Below are positions 29,143-38,724 of a DNA stretch of 64,000 nucleotides, piece after piece. A program made the position numbers and the translations under genes. The notes beneath the pieces are model-generated. The model worked only from the letters and a program-made list of their open reading frames with translations, was not told the origin of the DNA and did not search any database. Within the stretch, counting starts at the first letter, position 1; each line of letters begins with the position of its first letter. The DNA comes from a candidate division FCPU426 bacterium (GTDB taxonomy: Bacteria; Oederibacteriota; PGYV01; Palsa-1178), in contig CAWIXE010000001.1 of assembly GCA_963840035.1 (NCBI GenBank), positions 576,001 to 640,000 of the forward strand, in the 5' to 3' direction.

Positions 29143-30180
29143 ATGTTACAGGGTTTTTCCGACCGTTTTAAGGACGTGACGATACTCCTTGTGGAAGACG
29201 ACCACGGGGTATCTGAGCTTATGAACACGCTGATAAAAGAAGAAATCGGCAGCGGAGTGCGCATAACCAAGGCGGCGACGCTGGATGCGGCCCTGGCTGA
29301 GAACTGCAAAACAAGGCACAGCATAGTGCTTTTGGACCTGAACCTTCCCGACAGCAGGGGCATAGAAACCCTGCAATCATTCCGTAAAAAATTCGCGGAT
29401 ACCCCGGTTATCATATTGACAGCGCTTGCAGACCCGGACTTCGCGCTGTCAATAGCCAATGAAGGCGCTCAGGATTACCTCATAAAGGGGGATACGGAAC
29501 CTTCGGTAATTGTCAGGTCAATATATTATGCCATTGAAAGGAACAGGATGTACCTGGACCTTAAAAAAAGCAGGGAAGAGCTTCAGCAAAGTTACACAAA
29601 ACTAAAGACCATATCGGACGGCTTCATACAGGCCATAGAAAAGATAGTGGAAACCCGCGACCCGTATACTGCCGGACACCAGAGAAGGGTGGGAGATATC
29701 GCGAAAGCCATCGCGATGAAGCTGAATATGACGACGGATAAGGTGACGGGAGTATATATGGCGGCAGTGATACATGATGTCGGTAAAATATACGTGCCTG
29801 CGGAGATACTTTCAAAACCCGGTAAAATGTCGGATATTGAAATGAGCATCATCAGGACCCACCCGCAGGTCGGCCACGACATATTAAAGACCATAGAATT
29901 TCCCTGGGAGATAGACAAGATAGTGTATCAGCATCATGAACGCGAGGACGGGAGCGGCTATCCGCAGGGATTAAAGTCAGGCCAGATAATGGAGGAAGCT
30001 GCCATTATTTCAATTGCGGATGTGGTGGAGGCCATGGCCTCATCCAGGCCTTACAGGCCGGCGCTGGGGATTGACAAGGCGTTAGAGGAGATAGAAAATA
30101 ATAAGGGCAGGTTATACAGGACAGCGCCGGCGGACGCGTGCCTTGAGATGTTCCGCGATAAATCATTCCACATTTCCTGA
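29143..30180 (+). CDS. Response regulator with HD-GYP phosphodiesterase domain
   Basis: LLVEDD...LLDLNLPD receiver; RDPYTAGHQRRV, IHDVGK, HHEREDGSGYP, RPYR. Confidence 0.95.
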   Translation: MLQGFSDRFKDVTILLVEDDHGVSELMNTLIKEEIGSGVRITKAATLDAALAENCKTRHSIVLLDLNLPDSRGIETLQSFRKKFADTPVIILTALADPDFALSIANEGAQDYLIKGDTEPSVIVRSIYYAIERNRMYLDLKKSREELQQSYTKLKTISDGFIQAIEKIVETRDPYTAGHQRRVGDIAKAIAMKLNMTTDKVTGVYMAAVIHDVGKIYVPAEILSKPGKMSDIEMSIIRTHPQVGHDILKTIEFPWEIDKIVYQHHEREDGSGYPQGLKSGQIMEEAAIISIADVVEAMASSRPYRPALGIDKALEEIENNKGRLYRTAPADACLEMFRDKSFHIS

Positions 30181-30214
30181 GATAGTATTACATAAATTAC
30201 ATGATTTATAACCA

Positions 30215-30242
30215 TTGACATTTACAGCGGTTATTTTATAAT
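30215..30242 (+). promoter_or_regulatory. Consensus sigma70 promoter with no adjacent ORF
   Basis: TTGACA-N16-TATAAT. Confidence 0.6.
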
Positions 30243-30542
30243 TATTTTATTACAAAAGGGTGTATACGTGATCTAAAATTACGGTACACGAATCATAGGA
30301 TTTGAGCGGTTTAAAGCAATCAGCCCGACTTACAAATGTGTCGCCGCCTCACTCCTCTAGATATACCCCCTTATATCATTTGCCACGGATATGTGGCTCA
30401 CGCCTAGTAAAGGCGGCGACACTTTTGTGGGCCGGAATAAAACGAATTTTCAATTTTCGAATTTCAATTTTGAATTGAATTCAAAAACATCATCGCTACA
30501 TCGTCAATTGACAATTGGCAATCGTCAATCCTTCGTTATCCC

Positions 30543-30570
30543 TTGACGGGCGTGCGTTTTCTGTTATACT
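30543..30570 (+). promoter_or_regulatory. Probable gcv operon promoter
   Basis: TTGACG-N16-TATACT with TGn. Confidence 0.6.
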
Positions 30571-30607
30571 AAAAAAAGTAAAAAATCAAAACAACAAAGG
30601 ACCTTAT

Positions 30608-31702
30608 ATGGATCTTAAAACAGTATTATATGACGAACACGTCAGGTTAAACGCGCTCATGGCGCCTTTTGCCGGATGGAACATGCCCATACATTACGGC
30701 TCCATAATCGAAGAAACCAAACACACCCGCACGGCCTGCTCTGTTTTTGACATATGCCACATGGGGGAATTCATCGTCAATGAAGACCCGGCCAAATCAA
30801 CCCTTGATGAGGCCATAACAAACCCTGTCATAAAGATGAAAAACCTCTCGTGCAAGTACGGTTTTTTGCTTAACGCCAACGGCACGGCAATCGACGACCT
30901 CATAGTATACCGGATAAAAGACGATAAGTGGATGATAGTGGTAAATGCCTCGAACATAGCGCGCGACGCCAAGGAAATAAGCGGGAACATCGCAAAAGAA
31001 GCGGCATTTGAAGACATCTCAGATAAGACGGTAAAGCTCGACGTGCAGGGCCCAAAATCATACGAAGTCATGAAGTCACTGGTAGGCGATTCCATAGGAA
31101 AACTGAAATATTTCGGGTTTGATACCTTTGACCTTCTCGGGGGTAAATACATAATCAGCAGGACCGGTTATACCGGGGAACTGGGTTATGAAGTTTATAT
31201 TGATAATTCAAAAGGCGTGGAACTCTGGAAAATGCTTTTGAAAAACCCGCTTGTCAAACCCGCGGGTCTGGGAGCGCGCGACATATTAAGGCTCGAAGCG
31301 GGCCTGCCGCTTTACGGGGATGAACTGACGGAAAGCTATACGCCCATAGAAGCGGGCATGGAAAGGTTCCTGGATTTTTCCAAGGATTTCACAGGAAAAG
31401 AAGCGCTTGAAAAGCAGAAAAGGGACGGCGTTAAAAGGATCCTTGCAGGCATTACTGTCGACGGCCGCAGGACGCCCAGGCATACCAATAAAATATTCAT
31501 AGCCGAGAACGAAGTCGGTGTTGTGACAAGCGGAGTGTTCTCGCCGTTTGTAAACAAAGGCATCGGTTTCGCGTACATAGATAAGGAATTTGCGGCCGAA
31601 GGCAGGGATATAGTCATAAAGCTGGACAAAGGCGAGGTTAAAGGCGTTGTAACACCGCCGCCGTTTGTGAAAAATACTTCTATAAGAACGCTGACGGCGT
31701 AA
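30608..31702 (+). CDS. gcvT: Glycine cleavage system aminomethyltransferase T
   Basis: FAGWNMP, FDICHMG, SRTGYTGELGYE, GLGARDILRLEAG. Confidence 0.97.
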   Translation: MDLKTVLYDEHVRLNALMAPFAGWNMPIHYGSIIEETKHTRTACSVFDICHMGEFIVNEDPAKSTLDEAITNPVIKMKNLSCKYGFLLNANGTAIDDLIVYRIKDDKWMIVVNASNIARDAKEISGNIAKEAAFEDISDKTVKLDVQGPKSYEVMKSLVGDSIGKLKYFGFDTFDLLGGKYIISRTGYTGELGYEVYIDNSKGVELWKMLLKNPLVKPAGLGARDILRLEAGLPLYGDELTESYTPIEAGMERFLDFSKDFTGKEALEKQKRDGVKRILAGITVDGRRTPRHTNKIFIAENEVGVVTSGVFSPFVNKGIGFAYIDKEFAAEGRDIVIKLDKGEVKGVVTPPPFVKNTSIRTLTA

Positions 31703-31842
31703 AATAATAATTACTAATTACTAATAAATGTGCGCGGTTGCGCTTTCTATTATAATATTGCAAGGGCAAAGCCCGCGGCAATAGACCATAATTAGTCATT
31801 AATCATCGGCATTTAAAACACAATATTTCAAGGAGGGCTAAG

Positions 31843-32229
31843 ATGAACATACCGGAAAAGTACTTTTTCACAAAGGAACACGAGTGGGTAAAAATAGAAG
31901 GCAATAAGGCGAAGGTCGGCATATCCGACTACGCGCAGCATAAGCTGGGGGACATAACTTTTGTTGACCTTCCCGCAGCGGGAAAGACGGTAAAACAGCT
32001 GGAAGTATTAACGGGGATAGAATCCGTGAAGGCAGCCAGCGATATCTATTCACCGGTTTCCGGAAAAGTAGTGTCAGTCAACAGCGCTTTAGAAGGCGCT
32101 CCTGAACTTGTCAACAAGTCGCCATATGAACAGGGCTGGATAGCCGAACTTGAAATATCCAATTCAGGGGAGACAGCCAACCTCATGGATTCAGCGGCAT
32201 ATAAGGCGTATGTAGCCGGCCTGGAGTAA
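31843..32229 (+). CDS. gcvH: Glycine cleavage system H protein
   Basis: HEWV...GISDYAQ...ESVKAASDIYSP lipoyl-Lys motif. Confidence 0.98.
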   Translation: MNIPEKYFFTKEHEWVKIEGNKAKVGISDYAQHKLGDITFVDLPAAGKTVKQLEVLTGIESVKAASDIYSPVSGKVVSVNSALEGAPELVNKSPYEQGWIAELEISNSGETANLMDSAAYKAYVAGLE

Positions 32230-32231
32230 TT

Positions 32232-33566
32232 ATGGCCAAATTTACCCCTCACACAGAATCTGAAATAAGGGAAATGCTTGCCGTAACCGGATCAAAAGAT
32301 ATTGACGCGCTTTTCGCGGACATTCCGGCGGGTTTAAAGCCGAAATCATTTGACCTGCCCGCGGGCATGACCGAGTATGAAGCCCTTTCAAAATTAAACT
32401 CCCTTGCTTCCAAAAACAAAACAAACCTTACTGTCTTTGCAGGCGGCGGATATTACGACCACTTCATACCCGCGGCAGTTGACGCCATATCCTCGCGCGC
32501 GGAATTTTATACCGCTTACACCCCTTACCAGCCCGAGGCTTCGCAGGGGACGCTTCAGGCCATATTTGAATACCAGACCATGATGGCGAAATTAACCGGG
32601 CTTGAAGTGTCAAACGCCTCATTATACGACGGCGGCACGGCGCTCTATGAGGCGATAGCCATGGCTGTGCGCACTAACAACAGGTCCAGGATAATCATAG
32701 ACAAAGGCGTGAACCCGCTTTACAGGCAGATAGTGAAGACATATGTCATAAACCAGGAAGTAGAAATAGTGGAAGTTGACCTTAAGGATGTTTCAACGGA
32801 CAGGGAGAAGATCAAAGCCCTGCTTGATGAAAAGGCATCGGCGCTTGTGCTCCAGACACCGAACTTTTTCGGAATGGCAGACGATTATACCGACCTCTTC
32901 GCGGCGGCGGAAGCAAAAGGAATTACAAAAATAGCGGTATTTTATCCCATGTCACTGGGCATCATGAAAACACCGGGGGAAATGGGCGCGGATATCGCGG
33001 TCGGCGACGGGCAGTCGCTCGGGCTCCCGCTTTCATTCGGCGGGCCGTACCTCGGAGTCATGGCCGCGTCAAAAGGATATGTCAGAAAAATGCCGGGCAG
33101 GATAGTGGGGGAGACAGTTGATAAGAACGGCACCAAGTGCTACGTGCTGACCTTACAGGCGCGCGAGCAGCATATACGAAGGGAAAAGGCCACGTCAAAC
33201 ATCTGCTCCAACCAGGCGCTCTGCGCCTTAAGGGCTGTCGTGTACCTTTCACTTATGGGCAAGGAAGGCTTCAGGAAAGCCTCACTTTTAAACCTGCAGA
33301 AGGGCGAGGAACTAAAAGAAGCCATAAAGAAAATAGCGGATGTAAAACCGGGCGCTACGTTTAATGAATTTACGGTTGACCTGAAAACAAACGCCGCGGA
33401 ATTCGCCAAAAAAATGGAAAGCAAAGGGTTCCTGGCGGGAGTGCCGGCTTCCATACATTTTCCGGAGATGAAAAACTACCTTGTGGTCGCAGCAACGGAA
33501 AAAAGAACGCAGGACGAAATAACCAAATATGCCGAAGCCTTTAAATCGGCCCTCAAGGGGGCTTAA
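32232..33566 (+). CDS. gcvPA: Glycine dehydrogenase subunit 1
   Basis: YTAYTPYQPEASQG, REQHIRREKATSNICSNQ. Confidence 0.97.
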   Translation: MAKFTPHTESEIREMLAVTGSKDIDALFADIPAGLKPKSFDLPAGMTEYEALSKLNSLASKNKTNLTVFAGGGYYDHFIPAAVDAISSRAEFYTAYTPYQPEASQGTLQAIFEYQTMMAKLTGLEVSNASLYDGGTALYEAIAMAVRTNNRSRIIIDKGVNPLYRQIVKTYVINQEVEIVEVDLKDVSTDREKIKALLDEKASALVLQTPNFFGMADDYTDLFAAAEAKGITKIAVFYPMSLGIMKTPGEMGADIAVGDGQSLGLPLSFGGPYLGVMAASKGYVRKMPGRIVGETVDKNGTKCYVLTLQAREQHIRREKATSNICSNQALCALRAVVYLSLMGKEGFRKASLLNLQKGEELKEAIKKIADVKPGATFNEFTVDLKTNAAEFAKKMESKGFLAGVPASIHFPEMKNYLVVAATEKRTQDEITKYAEAFKSALKGA

Positions 33567-33569
33567 AGC

Positions 33570-35009
33570 ATGGAAAATATATTCGAAATATCCGTAAAGG
33601 GAAGGCACGGGGTAGACCCGGGCTCCCCGGATGAAAGCTGCTTAAAAAAAGTGCCGTCAGGATTATTACGCTCCACCGAGAGTAGTCTGCCGGAGTTATC
33701 TGAACTTGACGTGGTCAGGCATTACACCAGGCTCTCCCAGCTTAATTTTTCCGTTGATACACATTTTTACCCGCTTGGTTCATGCACCATGAAATACAAC
33801 CCAAAAGTAAATGAAGCTGCGGCTGTAATCCCGGGATTCACCGGGCTGCACCCGTACGCGCCTTACATAGATGAAAATTCATCGCAGGGAGCCCTTGAAG
33901 TTGTGCATGATCTTTCAAAACAACTTTGCGAGATAACAGGCATGAAAAGATTCACCACGCAGCCATACGCCGGCGCGCACGGCGAACTTTTGGGAATACT
34001 GTTGATCGCGGCTTACCATAAGAATAAAGGCAATAAAAAGAAATACATAGTGGTGCCGGAGTCGGCGCACGGCACAAACCCGGCAAGCGCGGCAGTCGCG
34101 GGATATACCATTATTACCGTGCCGGTTGATAAAGAAGGCGGCATGGACCTCGCCGCGTTTAAGGAAAAAATGAATGATGAAGTCGCCGGAGTAATGATGA
34201 CTCTCCCTTCAACCCTCGGGGTATTTGAGAGGAAGATAACTGAGATAGTAGAGGCAGCCAGGAAGCACGACGCGCTCATGTATTACGACGGAGCGAACTT
34301 AAACGCCATCATGGGCAGGTTAAGGCCCGGAGACGTGGGTTTTGACATAGTTCACATAAACCTGCACAAGACTTTTTCAACCCCTCACGGCGGCGGAGGC
34401 CCCGGCTCAGGCGTGGTCGGCGTGTCAGAGCGGCTTGTTGATTTCATGCCGGTGCCCTACGTGGTAAAGGGCGCTGACGGAAAATTTTCCATGGATTTCG
34501 GGCTTAAGAATTCGATAGGAAAGATAGCTTCGTTCTTCGGCAATTTCGGGGTGATGCTTAAGGCTTACACATACAACCTGATGCTTGGAAAAGAAGGGTT
34601 AAAAGACGTGACTGACATGGCGGTCTTAAACGCCAATTATGTAATGGCAAAACTAAAAGGCATTTATGACCTTCCGTATGACAGGATATGCATGCATGAG
34701 GCTGTATTTACGGCAAAGAACCAGATTAAAAACGGGGTGCACGCGCTGGATATTGCAAAGGCTTTAATTGACCGCGGCATACACCCGCCCACCATATACT
34801 TCCCGCTTGTCGTGGAAGAAGCCATAATGATTGAACCCACTGAGACGGAGTCAAAGCAGGAAATGGACATTTTTATCGGCGTCATGAAGGAAATAGCTGA
34901 AACAAGCAAATACGAGCCGGAAAAGATAAAAAGTTCCCCTTCTAAGACGGCAATATCCAGGCCTGATGAGACTAAGGCGGCGAGGGAATTAAAGCTAACT
35001 TGTTTTTAA
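33570..35009 (+). CDS. gcvPB: Glycine dehydrogenase subunit 2
   Basis: PLGSCTMKYN, SAHGTNPAS, NLHKTFSTPHGGGGPG, IEPTETES. Confidence 0.97.
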   Translation: MENIFEISVKGRHGVDPGSPDESCLKKVPSGLLRSTESSLPELSELDVVRHYTRLSQLNFSVDTHFYPLGSCTMKYNPKVNEAAAVIPGFTGLHPYAPYIDENSSQGALEVVHDLSKQLCEITGMKRFTTQPYAGAHGELLGILLIAAYHKNKGNKKKYIVVPESAHGTNPASAAVAGYTIITVPVDKEGGMDLAAFKEKMNDEVAGVMMTLPSTLGVFERKITEIVEAARKHDALMYYDGANLNAIMGRLRPGDVGFDIVHINLHKTFSTPHGGGGPGSGVVGVSERLVDFMPVPYVVKGADGKFSMDFGLKNSIGKIASFFGNFGVMLKAYTYNLMLGKEGLKDVTDMAVLNANYVMAKLKGIYDLPYDRICMHEAVFTAKNQIKNGVHALDIAKALIDRGIHPPTIYFPLVVEEAIMIEPTETESKQEMDIFIGVMKEIAETSKYEPEKIKSSPSKTAISRPDETKAARELKLTCF

Positions 35010-35023
35010 AACAGATAAAGACA

Positions 35024-35094
35024 GGGAAAGTTTTAAGTTTAAAGTTTGAAGATGAGGCTGTTCTTATCTTAAATCTTAAAACTTCAAACTTCCC
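35024..35094. repeat. Inverted heptamer array (AAGTTTN)n/(NAAACTT)n
   Basis: Same family as 39807-39879. Confidence 0.8.
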
Positions 35095-35111
35095 TTTCTC
35101 AGAAGGAACTC

Positions 35112-35912
35112 ATGCAAACTAAAACCGTCCGCTTCATCCCTTTCGCCTACTACTCGCCCTATGAGAACATGGCCATAGATGAGTTCCTTATATCATATTA
35201 TGAAAAAACAAAAATTCCGGTATTAAGGCTCTATTCATGGCGGCCAGCCGGCATATCAGCAGGAAAAAACCAGGACGTAAATCTCGACATAGATATTGCC
35301 GCATGCAAAGCCGCGGGAATTCCCGTAGTCAGGCGGTTAACCGGAGGCGGCGCCATATTCCACAAGAACGAATTAACCTACTCCATTGCCTGCTCTGACA
35401 CGGACTTTATCGGCAAGAAAGCTGGGGTTAAAGAATCGTTTGAAAACCTGAATGCCTTTATACTTAAAATGTATTTTAAATTCGGGCTTGAAGCTTCGTA
35501 CGGCAAAGATGCATTCCCGGGTGAAAAGAGTCTGGGCGCGAGGCAGGGGTTCTGCTTTGCCGGCAATGAGGAATATGACATCATAATTAAAGGAAAAAAG
35601 ACCGGAGGCAACGCGCAGTACAGGCGCAGGGAGATAATATTTCAGCACGGGTCAATACCCCTGGATGAAAATGAGGACGCGCAGAAATACTTCAAATGCC
35701 CGGTAAACAGGGATAACTTCACATCGCTCGATAGGCTGCTCGGAAGGGAAGTAACAGCGGGAGAAGTTGCGGCGAACCTGGGGGCGGCGTTCATGGAAAC
35801 GTTTGGATGCGATTTAAAGGAAGAGACGCTGTCCATGGATGAAAAACGAGGAGCCATCGGCATAATGACGTCTAAATATGCTACGGATAACTGGAACTTA
35901 AAAAAAATATAA
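35112..35912 (+). CDS. Lipoate-protein ligase/octanoyltransferase (LipM/LplA family)
   Basis: NMAIDE, VVRRLTGGGAIFH, KKTGGNAQ, QHGSI. Confidence 0.92.
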   Translation: MQTKTVRFIPFAYYSPYENMAIDEFLISYYEKTKIPVLRLYSWRPAGISAGKNQDVNLDIDIAACKAAGIPVVRRLTGGGAIFHKNELTYSIACSDTDFIGKKAGVKESFENLNAFILKMYFKFGLEASYGKDAFPGEKSLGARQGFCFAGNEEYDIIIKGKKTGGNAQYRRREIIFQHGSIPLDENEDAQKYFKCPVNRDNFTSLDRLLGREVTAGEVAANLGAAFMETFGCDLKEETLSMDEKRGAIGIMTSKYATDNWNLKKI

Positions 35913-35998
35913 TGAATAATGAAGGTGTGTGGTGGCACGTGTTATTTAAAAAGACTTCCGCGTGCCGCTCTTGCAGGGTATGAATGTTTACGGCCACT

Positions 35999-36067
35999 GT
36001 AGAGAGGGGGCTTGCCCCCTCTCAAACGCAGGCCCAATGCCTGAGAGGGGGCAAGCCCCCTCTCTAC
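35999..36067. repeat. GTAG-type REP doublet
   Basis: GTAGAGAGGGGGCTTGCCCCCTCTC ... GAGAGGGGGCAAGCCCCCTCTCTAC. Confidence 0.85.
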
Positions 36068-36135
36068 GAAACATGTGTGGGTAGCTGCAAATGGCAGTTC
36101 AAATAGGATGTAATGATTCAAATAAAAGGAAAAAC

Positions 36136-37023
36136 ATGCAAAAGCCAACGTACGCCAAAAAGAAGATAGACTTCAAACAGATGCACGAAACCGAATCAGC
36201 TCTTGCGGGGCTTAAACTTCATACCGTCTGCCACCAGGCGCGCTGTCCCAATATATCAGAATGTTTTGGCAGGGGCACGGCTACGTTCCTCATACTCGGC
36301 GATACCTGTACGAGGAATTGTTCGTTCTGCAACGTAAAAAAAGGTGTTCCTGCTGCAGCGGACTTAAGCGAACCTGCGAGAATCGCCGAAGCTGTGGAAA
36401 AACTTAAATTGAAATACGCCGTAATAACTTCTGTGACGAGAGATGATATGGAAGACGGTGGAGCTGGGGTTTTTGCTGAGGTAATAAAACAGATTAATCA
36501 CAGGTCCCAAATCCCAAATCCCAAAGAAGGGCAATTGAATTCACGCAAAGTCAAAGTTGAGGTGCTTGTTCCTGATTTTAAAGCTGACAGAAATGCTATA
36601 AAAACAGTCCTGGACGCCGGGCCTGATGTATTTGCCCATAACGTTGAGACAGTGCCTTCATTATATAAGGTAAGGAAAGGCGCGGATTATAAACGGAGCC
36701 TTGAGGTGTTAAGGCTGGCAAAGGAAATATCGCCGAAGGCAGTGACAAAATCAGCGGTGCTGCTGGGGCTCGGCGAAAAAGAGGAAGAGCTGCGGACAGT
36801 ATTTGACGACCTGGTAAAAGCGGGCTGTGATTACATAAGCATCGGGCAATACCTGCAGCCTGACAAGCAACATCATGAAGTGGTGGAATATATAAAGCCG
36901 GCAGTGTTTGATTGGTATAAAAAACAGGCGTATAAAGCCGGATTTAAGCATGTCGAGAGCGGAGTATGGGTAAGAAGTTCATATATGGCGGAAACGTATA
37001 ATAGTACGCAAAAACAGTTTTAG
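36136..37023 (+). CDS. lipA: Lipoyl synthase
   Basis: CHQARCPNISEC, CTRNCSFC, VRSSY. Confidence 0.97.
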   Translation: MQKPTYAKKKIDFKQMHETESALAGLKLHTVCHQARCPNISECFGRGTATFLILGDTCTRNCSFCNVKKGVPAAADLSEPARIAEAVEKLKLKYAVITSVTRDDMEDGGAGVFAEVIKQINHRSQIPNPKEGQLNSRKVKVEVLVPDFKADRNAIKTVLDAGPDVFAHNVETVPSLYKVRKGADYKRSLEVLRLAKEISPKAVTKSAVLLGLGEKEEELRTVFDDLVKAGCDYISIGQYLQPDKQHHEVVEYIKPAVFDWYKKQAYKAGFKHVESGVWVRSSYMAETYNSTQKQF

Positions 37024-37025
37024 AT

Positions 37026-37107
37026 TTCGTAGGGGCGAGCCGGTGGCTCGCCCGGTTTTAGACCCTCGGTCTGAGGGCCGGGCGAGCCACCGGCTCGCCC
37101 CTACGAA
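37026..37107. repeat. GTAG-type REP doublet
   Basis: GTAGGGGCGAGCCGGTGGCTCGCCC ... GGGCGAGCCACCGGCTCGCCCCTAC. Confidence 0.88.
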
Positions 37108-37203
37108 GACAAACAATAAAAATACCCGGGTTGCAATACGGTAAAATTTGAGCTATTATAATAATGAAACTATTTTGAATGTAACAAACGGAGGGTAATA
37201 ATA

Positions 37204-38490
37204 ATGTATGATATTCTAATCATCGGTTCCGGGCCTGCAGGCCATACCGCGGCTCTGGAAGCGGCAAAACTAAAATTAAAGACCGCTGTAATAGAGAGGG
37301 ACCCTTCAAAACTCGGGGGCGTGTGCTTAAATGAGGGGTGCATACCTTTAAAAGGGCTGCTTCACTATTCCCAGCATGAGACCGATTATCACGCCATACG
37401 CGGCAACGTTATGCAGAGGGTCCAGTTCATAAAGGACGGACTAAAGGCAAGGATGCTCGGAGCGGGAATAGAAATAATAGAGGGCGACGCAAAGTTTACA
37501 TCGGCGTCAGCCGTGGAAGTGCGCGGTAAAAAAATTGAGGCAAAGCATATAATCATAGCGGTCGGTTCATCCCCCAAAAAAATATTCAGCAATCCCGCGG
37601 TGCTTTCACCGGATAAGATATTTGAACTCGATGAAGTGCCGAAAAAAGCCCTTATAATCGGAGGAGGCGTCATAGGCTGTGAGTATGCGTCTTTTCTTAA
37701 TAATATAGGCGTAACAGTTGAAATAGTGGAACTCTTGGATACCATACTCTTCGGCGAAGACGAGGAAGCGGTAAGGACGCTTTCGCGCGAGTTTAAGAAG
37801 AAAAAGATAAGGCTGTATGAAAAAAGCGAAGTGACCGGAATCAGCACTGACGGAGTGGTAAATATTAAAAGCGGGGACACAATAATAACCGACAAGTATG
37901 ACATGATTATTGAGGCCATAGGCAGGAGGCCAAACACCGGCAGGCTGGGACTTGAGGCCGCCGGCATAGAAACTGACCAGCGCGGATTTATTAAGGTAAA
38001 TAACAGCATGCAGACCACTGCGGCAGGGGTTTATGCCATAGGCGACTGCATACCCACCCCGATGCTCGCTTATACCGGGTACAAGGAAGCGGAAGCGGCG
38101 ATAAACCACATTACAAAAGGTTTTCAGGGGAACCTGGACTACGGTACGGCGCCGAAACTGGTATTCTCATGCCCGCAGCTTGGGTCCACCGGATTAAGTG
38201 AGGCAAAGGCAAAAGAGCAGGGAATAAATTATAAAATCCATAAATACTTCTTTAAAGCCATAGGCAAAGCCGTGGTCGAAGGCAAAGATGCCGGGTATTT
38301 AAAGATGTTGGTAGATACCGACAGAAACGTTGTAATAGGCGCGACGGCTGTGGGAAGCGAGATAACGGAGCTTATAAACGAGCTCACGGTCATCATAAAA
38401 GCGCAGGTTAAAGTTGATATCCTTAAGGAATGCATGCACATACATCCATCCTACTCGGAAATAATTATAGAGGCGCTCAACTTCGGGTAA
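37204..38490 (+). CDS. lpdA: Dihydrolipoyl dehydrogenase
   Basis: IGSGPAG, GGVCLNEGCIP, GGGVIGCE, HPSYSE; gcv context. Confidence 0.9.
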   Translation: MYDILIIGSGPAGHTAALEAAKLKLKTAVIERDPSKLGGVCLNEGCIPLKGLLHYSQHETDYHAIRGNVMQRVQFIKDGLKARMLGAGIEIIEGDAKFTSASAVEVRGKKIEAKHIIIAVGSSPKKIFSNPAVLSPDKIFELDEVPKKALIIGGGVIGCEYASFLNNIGVTVEIVELLDTILFGEDEEAVRTLSREFKKKKIRLYEKSEVTGISTDGVVNIKSGDTIITDKYDMIIEAIGRRPNTGRLGLEAAGIETDQRGFIKVNNSMQTTAAGVYAIGDCIPTPMLAYTGYKEAEAAINHITKGFQGNLDYGTAPKLVFSCPQLGSTGLSEAKAKEQGINYKIHKYFFKAIGKAVVEGKDAGYLKMLVDTDRNVVIGATAVGSEITELINELTVIIKAQVKVDILKECMHIHPSYSEIIIEALNFG

Positions 38491-38492
38491 GC

Positions 38493-38699
38493 GCCTCAGA
38501 AATCCACGTTAAGGCTCCAGAAATCCTCCTCTTATCCTCCTTTCTGGAACAAAGGAGGACGATTAGTTGAGTAGTCATATACTGGAGACGGAACATACAA
38601 CGAAAAAATTGATGTCTGTTACGCCTCAAGTCCTGATACAAGTGAAGTAATCGTCTCCCTTTGTTTCAGAAAGGGAGATAAGAGAGGGATTTCTGAGGC
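38493..38699. repeat. Long palindromic intergenic element
   Basis: AGAAATCC...CCTTTCTGGAACAAAGG...ACGATT is complementary to AATCGT...CCTTTGTTTCAGAAAGG...GGATTTCT. Confidence 0.75.
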
Positions 38700-38724
38700 T
38701 CTAACGATGACGGTGAGACACGGG

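Noticed and set aside
30243..30607. Glycine riboswitch upstream of gcvT
   Set aside because: No GGAGA...CCGAAG...CTCTCAGG aptamer consensus seen
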